A DNA stretch of 64,000 nt from a virus (taxonomy: Duplodnaviria; Caudoviricetes), in IMG/VR virus record IMGVR_UViG_2843675664_000001, positions 5,636 to 69,635 of that record; one strand, 5' to 3'. Each line of letters starts with the position of its first letter. Within the stretch, counting starts at the first letter, position 1. Under the pieces are notes generated by a model that saw nothing but the letters and a program-made list of their open reading frames with translations, was not told the DNA's origin and ran no database searches. The position numbers and the translations under genes were made by a program. Below are positions 31,163 to 40,954 of this stretch, piece by piece.

Positions 31163-31448
31163 ACACCCACAGGCCACGGACGGCCTTGTAATTCAGATCA
31201 CACGCCGCCTCTTAACTGAGGCTTTTTGTATTGGAGGTAGTATGGAAGGTGATAAATCCTATCAACGCACGGCATCAGATTACATCGCTGAGAAAATGAA
31301 GCGGCAGGTCACAGAAAGTGCACCGCAACATAATCGTGATATTCACATTAATTATTGTGTACCAGATCGATTTATTAACAAAGATAATGGAAAACCAAAA
31401 TAACACATGCATTAATATCTGATTGCCTATTTTGCATGAGGATAAATT

Positions 31449-32006
31449 GTGATTTCTGACGATTTTAAAAACAAATGTGTAGCGCCTGTCGCCAAGCACG
31501 AAGCCGGACACTGGTTAGCAGCTTATCTTTTCGGCTGGGAGCCAAAGGGCATTGCAATCAAGGTTCCGGAGGAGGAAGACAAGCATCACAGTTATGCAAT
31601 GACTAGCCACCGCGTCAAGATAGGCTCGCTTGATGAGGTCAGAGATTATGCAAGAAAGAGAGTTATCATCCTGTATAGCGGGATGTATGCATCCTCTTTT
31701 AATGGTCGAACATTTGACATGAATAAGATACAACTGGAGATTGAACCATCAGGTGCATCTTACTCTGATTTCTGGAAGGCGGAGGAGATTTATTTCTTTT
31801 ACTACAATACTCTGAGTAGCCCCAAAAGCTGGAATGATGAATTTCTGCCAATAATTAGAAAAACGGAAAAAATCATCGTTGACAACAATAAATTCTTGAA
31901 CGCTGTATCTTCTATCATATGCACGATGGCAAATGATGTGGGGCAGACAATCGAGTTAAGCTATGCGGATCTGGAAGCGATATATAAAGAGGCCATGTCT
32001 GCGTAG
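31449..32006 (+). CDS. Moron, HExxH (M41-like) metallopeptidase
   Basis: VAKHEAGHWL; GASYSD. Confidence 0.6.
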   Translation: MISDDFKNKCVAPVAKHEAGHWLAAYLFGWEPKGIAIKVPEEEDKHHSYAMTSHRVKIGSLDEVRDYARKRVIILYSGMYASSFNGRTFDMNKIQLEIEPSGASYSDFWKAEEIYFFYYNTLSSPKSWNDEFLPIIRKTEKIIVDNNKFLNAVSSIICTMANDVGQTIELSYADLEAIYKEAMSA

Positions 32007-32075
32007 TGTTTGTTTTGCTTTTCTTTTTGCTACTCGGTGCTAGCATAAAGAAAACTAATATTTAATGGTGTTAAT

Positions 32076-32669
32076 GTGAAAGTAAAATTTGATAAAATCA
32101 AAATTAGCCTATTGTCAGGCACGGTGGTGTGCATTTTATTAGGAGCAGGTATAGGTTTTTTTTCTTGGTTTTTTTTTGATTTTTTTCGATCAGGCAGTGG
32201 TGGCGTGATGGTTGCCATCATAGTACTTATCTTTATTTCATCCAAGATCGCGCAGGTAAAATATAGTGGCGGCAATAAAAGAGACTATATCCTGGGTATA
32301 TCTATACTGAGTGACATGTTTACTATAGCAACATTAGGGCTCAATCTGGCTGTGGATTATGTTGAGGCGCATCCGTTGTGGTCTGCCTCAGCTATAGCAA
32401 TTTGTTCATCTATTCTTCTTTTGGTGATGTTTATGACTCATGATGGAAGCGTTACCAATATCAGCAGTCATGATGGCAGCGAAGGAGTGGACATAAAAGC
32501 ACTGGCAGTTAAACTTGGGTCGGATACGGAGTGCATCAAGCTAGATACCCAAAGAATAAAAAAAAGCTTGGGCGATGTAAAAAAAACCTTCTACACGTTG
32601 CTTGGTGCGATTATTGCTGTCGCTTTGGGGCTGGCTGGGTTAATGGCGAAGGGCTTCGGCTGGCTGTGA
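32076..32669 (+). CDS. Moron, multi-pass membrane protein
   Basis: About 5 hydrophobic segments. Confidence 0.65.
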   Translation: MKVKFDKIKISLLSGTVVCILLGAGIGFFSWFFFDFFRSGSGGVMVAIIVLIFISSKIAQVKYSGGNKRDYILGISILSDMFTIATLGLNLAVDYVEAHPLWSASAIAICSSILLLVMFMTHDGSVTNISSHDGSEGVDIKALAVKLGSDTECIKLDTQRIKKSLGDVKKTFYTLLGAIIAVALGLAGLMAKGFGWL

Positions 32670-32697
32670 TTTAAAACTAATTATTGAGGGTGGGGAT

Positions 32698-33036
32698 GTG
32701 ACAGAAGAAGAATGGCTGGATGGACTGAAAAATCTGCCTGATGATGTAATTTTGGATATCCACTTTGGGCTGCAAGAAAAAATCAAAAAACACTATAAGT
32801 TGCGCGATAAAGGCGACAATTTAAACAAAGCCATACATTTTTGCGAACAGCAAATAGCTCTTTCATCAAGGGCTATGCAGGCGCTGAAAAACAACCCAGG
32901 AATGTATAACGGGTCTGAGTTTTTCGCTCCATCTCATCATGGATTCAAGCAATACTCAGTCATTCTTAAAAAAAGAAAAGAACTTGAAAAACTGAGTGAA
33001 ATTACAGAGAAAATGAAAAGAGAGGGGTGGAGATGA
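32698..33036 (+). CDS. Moron hypothetical protein
   Basis: GAGGG RBS; coupled to next ORF. Confidence 0.65.
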   Translation: MTEEEWLDGLKNLPDDVILDIHFGLQEKIKKHYKLRDKGDNLNKAIHFCEQQIALSSRAMQALKNNPGMYNGSEFFAPSHHGFKQYSVILKKRKELEKLSEITEKMKREGWR

Positions 33037-33560
33037 GAAAGTCATTAATGTGTTTTTCTGTTCTATCTTCTCTCGCGCTCCTTGCTGGGTGTGGAGAAAA
33101 AACCGCGTCAGATACTGTGCTGGAATTCATAAATACCGAGAACACTGACTTGTTGTCTCATTCAAAAATAGAACAATGCACTCCTGATGGTATAAAAAAT
33201 ATAATATTTGTTGATAAAAATCGCCTTCCGGAAACAAATAATTACTATGAATTGAGCGGTTATTTATATGGCAAGTCAAAGTATAGCGTTATTTCTGAAA
33301 AGAAAGATGGAAATGCATACGTTGTCAGCGTCAAGTGGGTGTATCCGAAAGTTATCGATGATGCTCAGTCATTTATCGAGGCAGACAATCCAAGGATTGG
33401 CGAAGATGATAAAAAAGAGCTGGATAACCTAAAGTTACTATACGAAAACGGTGAGTTGGAAAACCTTGAATATGCCGAAGATATAACTGAATGGGTGGTA
33501 TTGCCTGATGGGATAGACCCCAAGCTTTCAGCAGGTAACATCGAAGCTTGTTCTAAGTAA
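33033..33560 (+). CDS. Moron lipoprotein
   Basis: LAGC lipobox; followed by terminator at 33582-33605. Confidence 0.7.
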   Translation: MRKSLMCFSVLSSLALLAGCGEKTASDTVLEFINTENTDLLSHSKIEQCTPDGIKNIIFVDKNRLPETNNYYELSGYLYGKSKYSVISEKKDGNAYVVSVKWVYPKVIDDAQSFIEADNPRIGEDDKKELDNLKLLYENGELENLEYAEDITEWVVLPDGIDPKLSAGNIEACSK

Positions 33561-33623
33561 ATGTTACACATAATAACCAAACCCTGCCAATCGGCGGGGT
33601 TTTTCATTTTAAGGAGCCGGTAA

Positions 33624-36600
33624 ATGGCACAAGTAGGCGAAATCGTATATCAGGTGCAGATGGATGTTGCTCAGTTGCTGACATCGCAGCGCCAACTGGA
33701 TCAGCGGCTGCGGAATATGGAAGGTGGGTTTAATCGCACCACAAACGCTGTCAATGGTACTGATCGGTCAATGGTCTCGCTGTCGCGCGTTGCTGCGTCA
33801 CTGACTGCATACTTGTCTGTATCTGCCGTTGCCAGCTACGCTGAAGCCTGGACGGTGCTGAATAACAAACTCGTCAACTCCATAAAGGCTGGAGAGACGC
33901 TGGCGGTGGTGAATCAGCGCGTGTTTGATATTGCTCAGAACAGTCGTTCAAGCCTTGACGGTATCGCAACGCTGTATTCACGACTGGAAAGAGCGATGCG
34001 CAGCGCCGGGCTCAGCGGCGAAGAATTAGGGCAGATAACCACCACTATCTCAAAGGCAATGACCGTTTCAGGTGCCACAGCAGCAGAATCAGAAGGTGCA
34101 CTTGTCCAGTTATCACAGGCGCTGGCATCTGGTGTACTGCGCGGTCAGGAATTTAACTCAATGAGTGAACAGGCTCCGGCGCTGATGAAAGGCTTGGCAG
34201 ACTCACTTGGGGTGAGTATCGGTAAGCTGAGAGCGATGGCCGCAGAAGGTAAGTTAACCACGGATGTGCTGTTAAAAGCATTCCGCGAAATGGGGCCAAC
34301 TATTGAGAGGGAGTTTGCGAACACAACACAAACGATGTCGCAGTCTCTTCAGATCGCCAGCAACAATATCACCAAGTTCTTTGGCGAAAACGCCACTGTT
34401 AAGACATTCACGAGAATATTCAATGATTCGGTTGTAACTATAAGTGAAAACCTTGACGGGTTGGCGGCAGTGCTGACGGTAGCGGCCACTATCATCGGAA
34501 GCCGTTTTGCTGGGGCTATGGCGCTGGCTGCGAAAGAAAAAATACAGGGAGTAATTGCGGCCAGAGCATTAAGTGTAGCAGAAGCTGAGGCAACAAGGTC
34601 GGCAGAGTTACATGCAGCTGCCGAGTTAAGGACTGCCAATGTTGCGAAACAAAGAGCTCTTGATGAGCTCAGGTTAGCAAAAAACCTAAGAGATGTTGCA
34701 ATAACCGAGAATCAGGTTGTCGCTGCTGAACAGCGATTGTCGCAAGCCAGGCAGGCTGCGTCCATAGCAACGGGAAACTATAATTCTGCACTGGCAGCTC
34801 ATACGGCGGCGCAGAATGCAGCAGGGGCGGCAGCAAACAGAGCCAGCATTGGAATTGGAACAGCTTTGCGTGGAGCACTTAGTTTTATTGGTGGACCTGC
34901 CGGTCTTGCTGTTGCCGCAGCATCTGCATTGTTTTATTTCAGCCAGAGAGCGAAAGAGGCGAGAGACGACGCCAATAATCTGGCTGACAGCGTTAATACC
35001 CTGATCGGTAAATTTGGCGAAATGAGCCGGATTCAGATAGCTGAGGAAATAGGCAAGGCAGGAGAAAAAATACCTGAACTTACCGAGGCCGTCGCTGAGG
35101 CGCAGAAAAAATATGATGACCTTACATATGCCGTTAATCGCAACCAGCAAACAGTGGAGCGATACGGTGAATCAACCAGAGCAGGAAAGGAAGCAGCGGC
35201 AGCGTTAGCGATTAATCTGGATAGGCAAGCCATTGCAGCCGGTGAACTCGACAGGGCTCAGCAGCGTTTAAGCCAGACTCAAAACATGATCCGTATGGGC
35301 AGAGCTCAGTTGAACGGGGAACTTCTGAAAGGCGCTGATTTACTGACAACTGAGGCTGGGACGGTACTGCCGAATGCCGGAGCCGCATGGAAATCGTATG
35401 GGCTTGATATTGAAAATGCAACAAGAGCAAAACAAAAGTTCAACGCTGAGAGCTTAAAAGTCCAGTGGTCAGACGCTGGTGCTGACATGAAAAAGACCCT
35501 TGAGCGTGAAATTGAAATGGCCGGCGCGAAAGATGATGTGGTGAAGCGTCAGTTACAGGTCAAGTATTACGTTGAAGATAAGGGGATATCAGGTCAGGAG
35601 GCTGAGAAACTTGCTGAATTAGCAGCTAAGGCTGGAGAGGCTAGCGAAGCAAAAAAAACCGGCATTAAGACATCAAGGGAAGCCGCAGCGGAGGCAAAAA
35701 AAGAAGCCACGGAAGCCGAAAAGCTCAAGCAGAAGATAACCGACCTGGCTAATGCGACGAAGGTTGCTGAACTTGAGACTAAAGGACTTTCCCGCGAGGC
35801 TGCTGTTCTTGAGGCAGTGCAGAAGCTTGGGTCAAAGGCTAATGCAGCACAGATAGCCGAAATAACTGAACTTGCCGGTAAGGAGTACGACCTCACTCAG
35901 AAGATAAAAGACCGGAAAGATGCCTTTGAGCAGAATCCTAGGGTGAAAGCCGATCAGGATATGAAACTGGCTCAGGAGCAACTTGAGCGACAACTGAAAG
36001 GTAAGTTGGTTACCGAAGAGCAATATCAGCAACGCAGGGCGGCGATACACGCTGAGTATTCGCGCAAAATATCGGAAGAAACATCAAATGGTCAGGTGAA
36101 TATTGTCGCTGAGAATCGGGCAAAAATTGACCCAATTCAGGCACTGGCTAACGAAAATGCTCAGAAGCTGGCACTGATGGAATCGTACTATCAGGCAGAA
36201 CAGGCATTACTGAAGAAGTCGCAGCAGGACGGGCAAATCAGCCATGACCAGTATATCGCAGCCAAGCAAGCCACCGATGCACAGTATTTGGCGCTGAAAA
36301 CCGCACAGGATAAACAGTATCAGGAGCAGCAAATTGCAGCACAGTGGCAACTGCTGAGTCAGCAAAGCCTTGGCTATGACATGCTCACATCAGCGGTTGA
36401 TTCTCTATCAGGGAATGCGTCCAACGCTATCACCGGCCTGATCACTCAAACCATGAGTTGGAGTGACGCTGCGCGGTCGCTGGGTAACACCATGCTTAAC
36501 AGCGTGGTCAACTCTATCGTTCAGGTCGGCGTTGAGATGGCTAAAAACTTCATCTTGGGGCAGACATTGGGTGTTGCCACTCAGGCGGCAAACGCATCAG

Positions 36601-37103
36601 CAGCTGTTGCCGGTGGTGCTGCTGCGCTGGCTGCGTGGACTCCGGCAGCTATCGCGGCATCTATCGCAACGATGGGGGCCGCATCCGCGAGTGGTCTTGG
36701 TGCGTATACTGCGGCACAGGCGACCGGCGCGGCAACCAGTATCGGAATGAAGGCACTCACGATTGCCGGTGCGCGTAAAGATGGAGGCCCTGTATCTGCC
36801 GGTGAAATGTACCGGGTTGGTGAGGGTGGTAAGCCGGAGATATTCAAAGCGTCAAACGGTAACCAGTACATGATCCCCGGCGATAACGGCAAGGTCATCA
36901 GTAACCGTGATATTGGCGGCGGACAGGTGCCGGTGACAGTGAATATCAACGACTATTCATCCGGAGGTAACAGGGTTGATGCTCAGGCCAGACAGGACAG
37001 CAACGGCATGACCATAGATGTGTTTATCGCGGACATGGACAACAAAGGGCCGATGCATAGCGCTATTACACGAAACACAACAGCATCTGCGAGGGTGAGA
37101 TGA
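33624..37103 (+). CDS. Tail tape measure protein
   Basis: QLSQALASGVLRGQEFNS; GARKDGGPV...GEGGKPE. Confidence 0.95.
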   Translation: MAQVGEIVYQVQMDVAQLLTSQRQLDQRLRNMEGGFNRTTNAVNGTDRSMVSLSRVAASLTAYLSVSAVASYAEAWTVLNNKLVNSIKAGETLAVVNQRVFDIAQNSRSSLDGIATLYSRLERAMRSAGLSGEELGQITTTISKAMTVSGATAAESEGALVQLSQALASGVLRGQEFNSMSEQAPALMKGLADSLGVSIGKLRAMAAEGKLTTDVLLKAFREMGPTIEREFANTTQTMSQSLQIASNNITKFFGENATVKTFTRIFNDSVVTISENLDGLAAVLTVAATIIGSRFAGAMALAAKEKIQGVIAARALSVAEAEATRSAELHAAAELRTANVAKQRALDELRLAKNLRDVAITENQVVAAEQRLSQARQAASIATGNYNSALAAHTAAQNAAGAAANRASIGIGTALRGALSFIGGPAGLAVAAASALFYFSQRAKEARDDANNLADSVNTLIGKFGEMSRIQIAEEIGKAGEKIPELTEAVAEAQKKYDDLTYAVNRNQQTVERYGESTRAGKEAAAALAINLDRQAIAAGELDRAQQRLSQTQNMIRMGRAQLNGELLKGADLLTTEAGTVLPNAGAAWKSYGLDIENATRAKQKFNAESLKVQWSDAGADMKKTLEREIEMAGAKDDVVKRQLQVKYYVEDKGISGQEAEKLAELAAKAGEASEAKKTGIKTSREAAAEAKKEATEAEKLKQKITDLANATKVAELETKGLSREAAVLEAVQKLGSKANAAQIAEITELAGKEYDLTQKIKDRKDAFEQNPRVKADQDMKLAQEQLERQLKGKLVTEEQYQQRRAAIHAEYSRKISEETSNGQVNIVAENRAKIDPIQALANENAQKLALMESYYQAEQALLKKSQQDGQISHDQYIAAKQATDAQYLALKTAQDKQYQEQQIAAQWQLLSQQSLGYDMLTSAVDSLSGNASNAITGLITQTMSWSDAARSLGNTMLNSVVNSIVQVGVEMAKNFILGQTLGVATQAANASAAVAGGAAALAAWTPAAIAASIATMGAASASGLGAYTAAQATGAATSIGMKALTIAGARKDGGPVSAGEMYRVGEGGKPEIFKASNGNQYMIPGDNGKVISNRDIGGGQVPVTVNINDYSSGGNRVDAQARQDSNGMTIDVFIADMDNKGPMHSAITRNTTASARVR

Positions 37104-37576
37104 TTATCGACTATCCTGACTGGCTTCCTCTGGCACAGAAGTCAGACAAAAACATGACCATCGACACCGGTTATATGACAGATCAGCCACAGGTAGGCGC
37201 GCCGATATTCCAGAAACTGACTGATGACCTGAAAGTGGTCTGGAATGTCACCTGGATATTTACACTCGTACAGGAACGGGCGTTTGCTCAGTGGATCCGG
37301 CATCCGGATTATCTGGACAACTGCAATCGGTGGTTCCGGATGAAAATCGACATCGGTGGCAGCGGACTGCAGGAGCAGGAACTGCACTTTGTGTCATATC
37401 CTGTGCAGACCAGCGTTAACGGCGCATCAGTCACATGGACCGGTCAGGTTATCTGTAAAAATCTGCATAACGATGATGATGAATTCGGTGATGTGATTAT
37501 CGAATTCCCGCCGCCGTTCGGCAGCTGGCTGGATATCATTGTCACTGAAACACTGCCACGGTGTAAGGAGGGATAA
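37100..37576 (+). CDS. Distal tail protein
   Basis: Follows TMP; IDYPDWLPL. Confidence 0.7.
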   Translation: MIIDYPDWLPLAQKSDKNMTIDTGYMTDQPQVGAPIFQKLTDDLKVVWNVTWIFTLVQERAFAQWIRHPDYLDNCNRWFRMKIDIGGSGLQEQELHFVSYPVQTSVNGASVTWTGQVICKNLHNDDDEFGDVIIEFPPPFGSWLDIIVTETLPRCKEG

Positions 37577-38046
37577 TGCCGACATTGCGTGAGTTCCGCG
37601 CACAACGACCAAACCGCATCCTGTACGAAACACTCCAACTATCACATCCGTCATTCGGCGACATTTACCTGATCACTCACCAGATTTTCCCGAAGATACT
37701 CGGCGGAATTGAATACCTGCCGTGCAACTTTGAGATGTCTGAGAGTCAGCAGAGTAAAACGCCGATCATCGATGCGAGCGTGAAATTCAGCCGTGTGGCG
37801 CATGAGTTTAAACAGAAACTGAAAGCGTGGCGGTCGTATTCACGGATGGTGCCGGTCGAGGTTACTTACCGGCTGTTTGATGAGGCTGACAAAGGCACGG
37901 CAATCGTGCGTTGGAAACTGTTTGCGAAAGATATCTCACTGGATGCGGAAGCGGTATCAATGACACTTTCGATGACCAATCCTCTGAACAAAAATGTCGG
38001 ACGCATTTATGAGCCACAGGAGTGGCCGGGGCTGGAGGCCGTATGA
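37576..38046 (+). CDS. Minor tail protein (DUF1833-like)
   Basis: YETLQLSHPSF...IYEPQEWPGL. Confidence 0.7.
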   Translation: MPTLREFRAQRPNRILYETLQLSHPSFGDIYLITHQIFPKILGGIEYLPCNFEMSESQQSKTPIIDASVKFSRVAHEFKQKLKAWRSYSRMVPVEVTYRLFDEADKGTAIVRWKLFAKDISLDAEAVSMTLSMTNPLNKNVGRIYEPQEWPGLEAV

Positions 38047-38435
38047 CGACAGATGAATTTACAGACAGAATGATCGGGGTGCCGTGGGTTAACCGGGCGT
38101 GTTCGTTTACTGCGTGTGACTGCTGGGGCCTTGTGGCGCTCTATTACCGGTATGTTGTCGGCGCTGAAATTCACCACGACAGCGGTTATGAATCAGACAG
38201 TGATTTTATGACCTGTTATCAAAGTGAGGTTAGTTTCTGGAAGCCGGAAGAACATCCGGTAAGCGGCGGGATATTTGTGGCTTATAACGGCTCAGTACCG
38301 GCACACGTTGGCATTGTGATCGGCGGAATGGCTCTGCACAGCCGGGGAGATAACGGACATGTCCGCCTGGACAGATTGCTGACCATTCGGCGGATATACA
38401 GCAAAGTGGAGTTTATGACTTATGCCGGTAATTGA
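38043..38435 (+). CDS. Tail tip NlpC/P60 protein
   Basis: DCWGLV...HVGI...LHS. Confidence 0.85.
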   Translation: MTTDEFTDRMIGVPWVNRACSFTACDCWGLVALYYRYVVGAEIHHDSGYESDSDFMTCYQSEVSFWKPEEHPVSGGIFVAYNGSVPAHVGIVIGGMALHSRGDNGHVRLDRLLTIRRIYSKVEFMTYAGN

Positions 38436-40893
38436 AATTCAGCGCCTGCCGGGAACACCAAAAGAGAGAGTCGAAGTAAAATCCGGCTCTCTTTTTTTTG
38501 ACTGGCTGAAAGAGCAGAGCATCAGCAGTGACGTAGTGATCATGGTTAATGGTGTGAAACTGACCGATAGCGACAGCCTTGATTTTGTTGTCTCTGAATT
38601 ACATCACATTCAGGTGTTTGATCAGCCGAAAGGCGGTGCAATCGGAGATCTGTTAAGCCCGATATTCAAACTGGTATCGAAGGTATTTTCTTTTCTGGCA
38701 CCGAAAACTCCGTCATTCACCTCAGCTGACGCAAACGTTAAAGATAGCCCGAACAATCGGCTCACAGGGCAAACCAACGTTGCCAGGACATACCAGGCAC
38801 GTCCGGAAATTCACGGGCAGGTAAGGGCATATCCGGATCTGATTCAGCAATCGCTGTTTGAGTACATCGATAACAAGAAAAAAGTCACGGAGTGGATGAA
38901 CTTCGGCATCGGAAAATTTGATGTCGAAAACGTGAAATACTCAGAATCAGAATTAACCGCACTGGACGGTGCCAGCTATCAGATATTTCAGCCAGGTGAA
39001 AATATCCCTGAAATATTTGAGGGGTTTGAGTTTCACGACGTTGACGGGCAGGAAGTTCCTGGCCCGAATGAAAGCGATGAAATACCGCAGTATCAGGCAA
39101 CGGCGAATGAGGTTATATCAGGTGAGATAAAGGGCGGCGAAGCGATGATTAAAATCGCCAGACAGGATGAGTTCGATTACTTCTACGACATCATCAAACC
39201 GCGTTCAGTGTCAATGACCGTAAATGTATCGTACGACACGCCAACCGGTAACGTGACAAAAGACATCAAAGTCGATGCTTATCTGTCTGAGGCGAAAAAA
39301 ACAGATGACGGGTCAATCGTGTTGCCGAAAAAGTATTACGAGTTCTTTTTCACCAGCCTTTCCGGTAATGACCTTGCCGCACTCCCGCCGAATGCCGTTG
39401 TTAACACCACCAAATTCATTCTCTATGACAACCAGTTCCTGACCGTCGGTCCGTTCTTTTCTCCTATGGAGGGCGGCGAATTATGGATACACATAAACGC
39501 TCAGCTTGGTGAGGGTGATTATGCGAATGCCAGAATGGAATTCTGGAAGGTGGATGATAACAACGAGGAAATTTCCGGTACCAGGGAATCATATAATCGT
39601 GGTTTCCCTGCAGCGCCTAAGACAAAGAACTATTACAAAACAGAAAAATTCACGCCGCGAGGTGGTTATGGACGATATGCATTCCAGTTGACCAGGCTTG
39701 AAAACAGCAACGACAGCAGCATTCTCAAGCTTGAAAAAGCGCACATTATCCGCCGCAGGCTCAATGAGAAGCATAATGACGATACCATTGTCCGTGTGAC
39801 CGTAAGGGCAACGGAGAACCCGACAAGCTCACGTGAGCGCAAATATAACGCTCTGGTGACGCGGCATGTGATCAGTTATGACATGGTCAGCCGCAAAGTG
39901 GATTACACAGAACGGCCATCACGTTCATTTGCGGATGCAGTGGCACATACGTGGCTGGTTACCGGCAAGCAACCGGAGAACACTATCGACCTGCACGGAC
40001 TGTATGAGATTTACGCCGGACTGCCTGATGAACACCTCGGGTACTTTGATTACACGTTTGATGATGAGGATGTATCGTTAGGCCAGCGTATCGAGACAAT
40101 CTGCAACGTGGCACGGGTGACGGCATTCTTTGATAACGGCGTGCTGACATTTTCCCGTGAGGAAGAGCGGAGATATCCGGCAGCGGTGTTTAACCGGTCA
40201 AACATCACCGGTAATAACTTCCGTATCTCATACGATATGTCATTGCCGGGCGGGAATGACGGCGTTGAGGTTGAATACGTTAACCCGCGAACCAACAAAA
40301 AAACCTATCTGAAGTACCGTATCGAAAACGGCGCAGTGGTGAAAGGAGCAGCGAAAAGCCCTAATAAAATCACCCTGCACGGATGCCGGAACGAGTATCA
40401 GGCCGCTGACCGCGCATTGCTGGAAATGGACAGGCTGGTCAGTCAGCGGACAAGCATCAGCCTGCAAACACTGGCAGACGGGGATTATGTTTATCCCGGC
40501 GATATGGTGCTGGTGGCAGACAGCTACGACAGTAATCAGCAGGGCGGACATATCACCGGCAGAAACGGGAATGTGTTCAGCACCAGTGAGCGCATTGAGT
40601 TTTCCGGCGACATGGTGGTGAGCATCACCGACCACCTCGGTAATTCATCCGGCGAATATCCGGTGCAGGCACGGATCGATACGGATAAAGGTTTTATTGC
40701 TGACATCCCTGATATTAAGCTCAATATCTATGACGGCCATAATGTTCAGTCTCCGTCACGATACATCATATCAACCGTCACTGAAATGGATGCCATGCGC
40801 TGGGTAGTCTCTGACAAGAAACCTGACGCAGACGGCACCTTCTCTATCACCGCAAGCGAGTATTTCGCACCGAAAGCAGACTATAACGTCTGA
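38422..40893 (+). CDS. Tail tip/host specificity protein (J-like)
   Basis: SPNNRLTGQTNVAR...PEIHG...YPDL. Confidence 0.85.
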   Translation: MPVIEIQRLPGTPKERVEVKSGSLFFDWLKEQSISSDVVIMVNGVKLTDSDSLDFVVSELHHIQVFDQPKGGAIGDLLSPIFKLVSKVFSFLAPKTPSFTSADANVKDSPNNRLTGQTNVARTYQARPEIHGQVRAYPDLIQQSLFEYIDNKKKVTEWMNFGIGKFDVENVKYSESELTALDGASYQIFQPGENIPEIFEGFEFHDVDGQEVPGPNESDEIPQYQATANEVISGEIKGGEAMIKIARQDEFDYFYDIIKPRSVSMTVNVSYDTPTGNVTKDIKVDAYLSEAKKTDDGSIVLPKKYYEFFFTSLSGNDLAALPPNAVVNTTKFILYDNQFLTVGPFFSPMEGGELWIHINAQLGEGDYANARMEFWKVDDNNEEISGTRESYNRGFPAAPKTKNYYKTEKFTPRGGYGRYAFQLTRLENSNDSSILKLEKAHIIRRRLNEKHNDDTIVRVTVRATENPTSSRERKYNALVTRHVISYDMVSRKVDYTERPSRSFADAVAHTWLVTGKQPENTIDLHGLYEIYAGLPDEHLGYFDYTFDDEDVSLGQRIETICNVARVTAFFDNGVLTFSREEERRYPAAVFNRSNITGNNFRISYDMSLPGGNDGVEVEYVNPRTNKKTYLKYRIENGAVVKGAAKSPNKITLHGCRNEYQAADRALLEMDRLVSQRTSISLQTLADGDYVYPGDMVLVADSYDSNQQGGHITGRNGNVFSTSERIEFSGDMVVSITDHLGNSSGEYPVQARIDTDKGFIADIPDIKLNIYDGHNVQSPSRYIISTVTEMDAMRWVVSDKKPDADGTFSITASEYFAPKADYNV

Positions 40894-40954
40894 CATAGCA
40901 CTCAAAACAACAAGCCAGCTACCGTGCTGGCTTTTTTATTGGAAGAAAAGGCAC

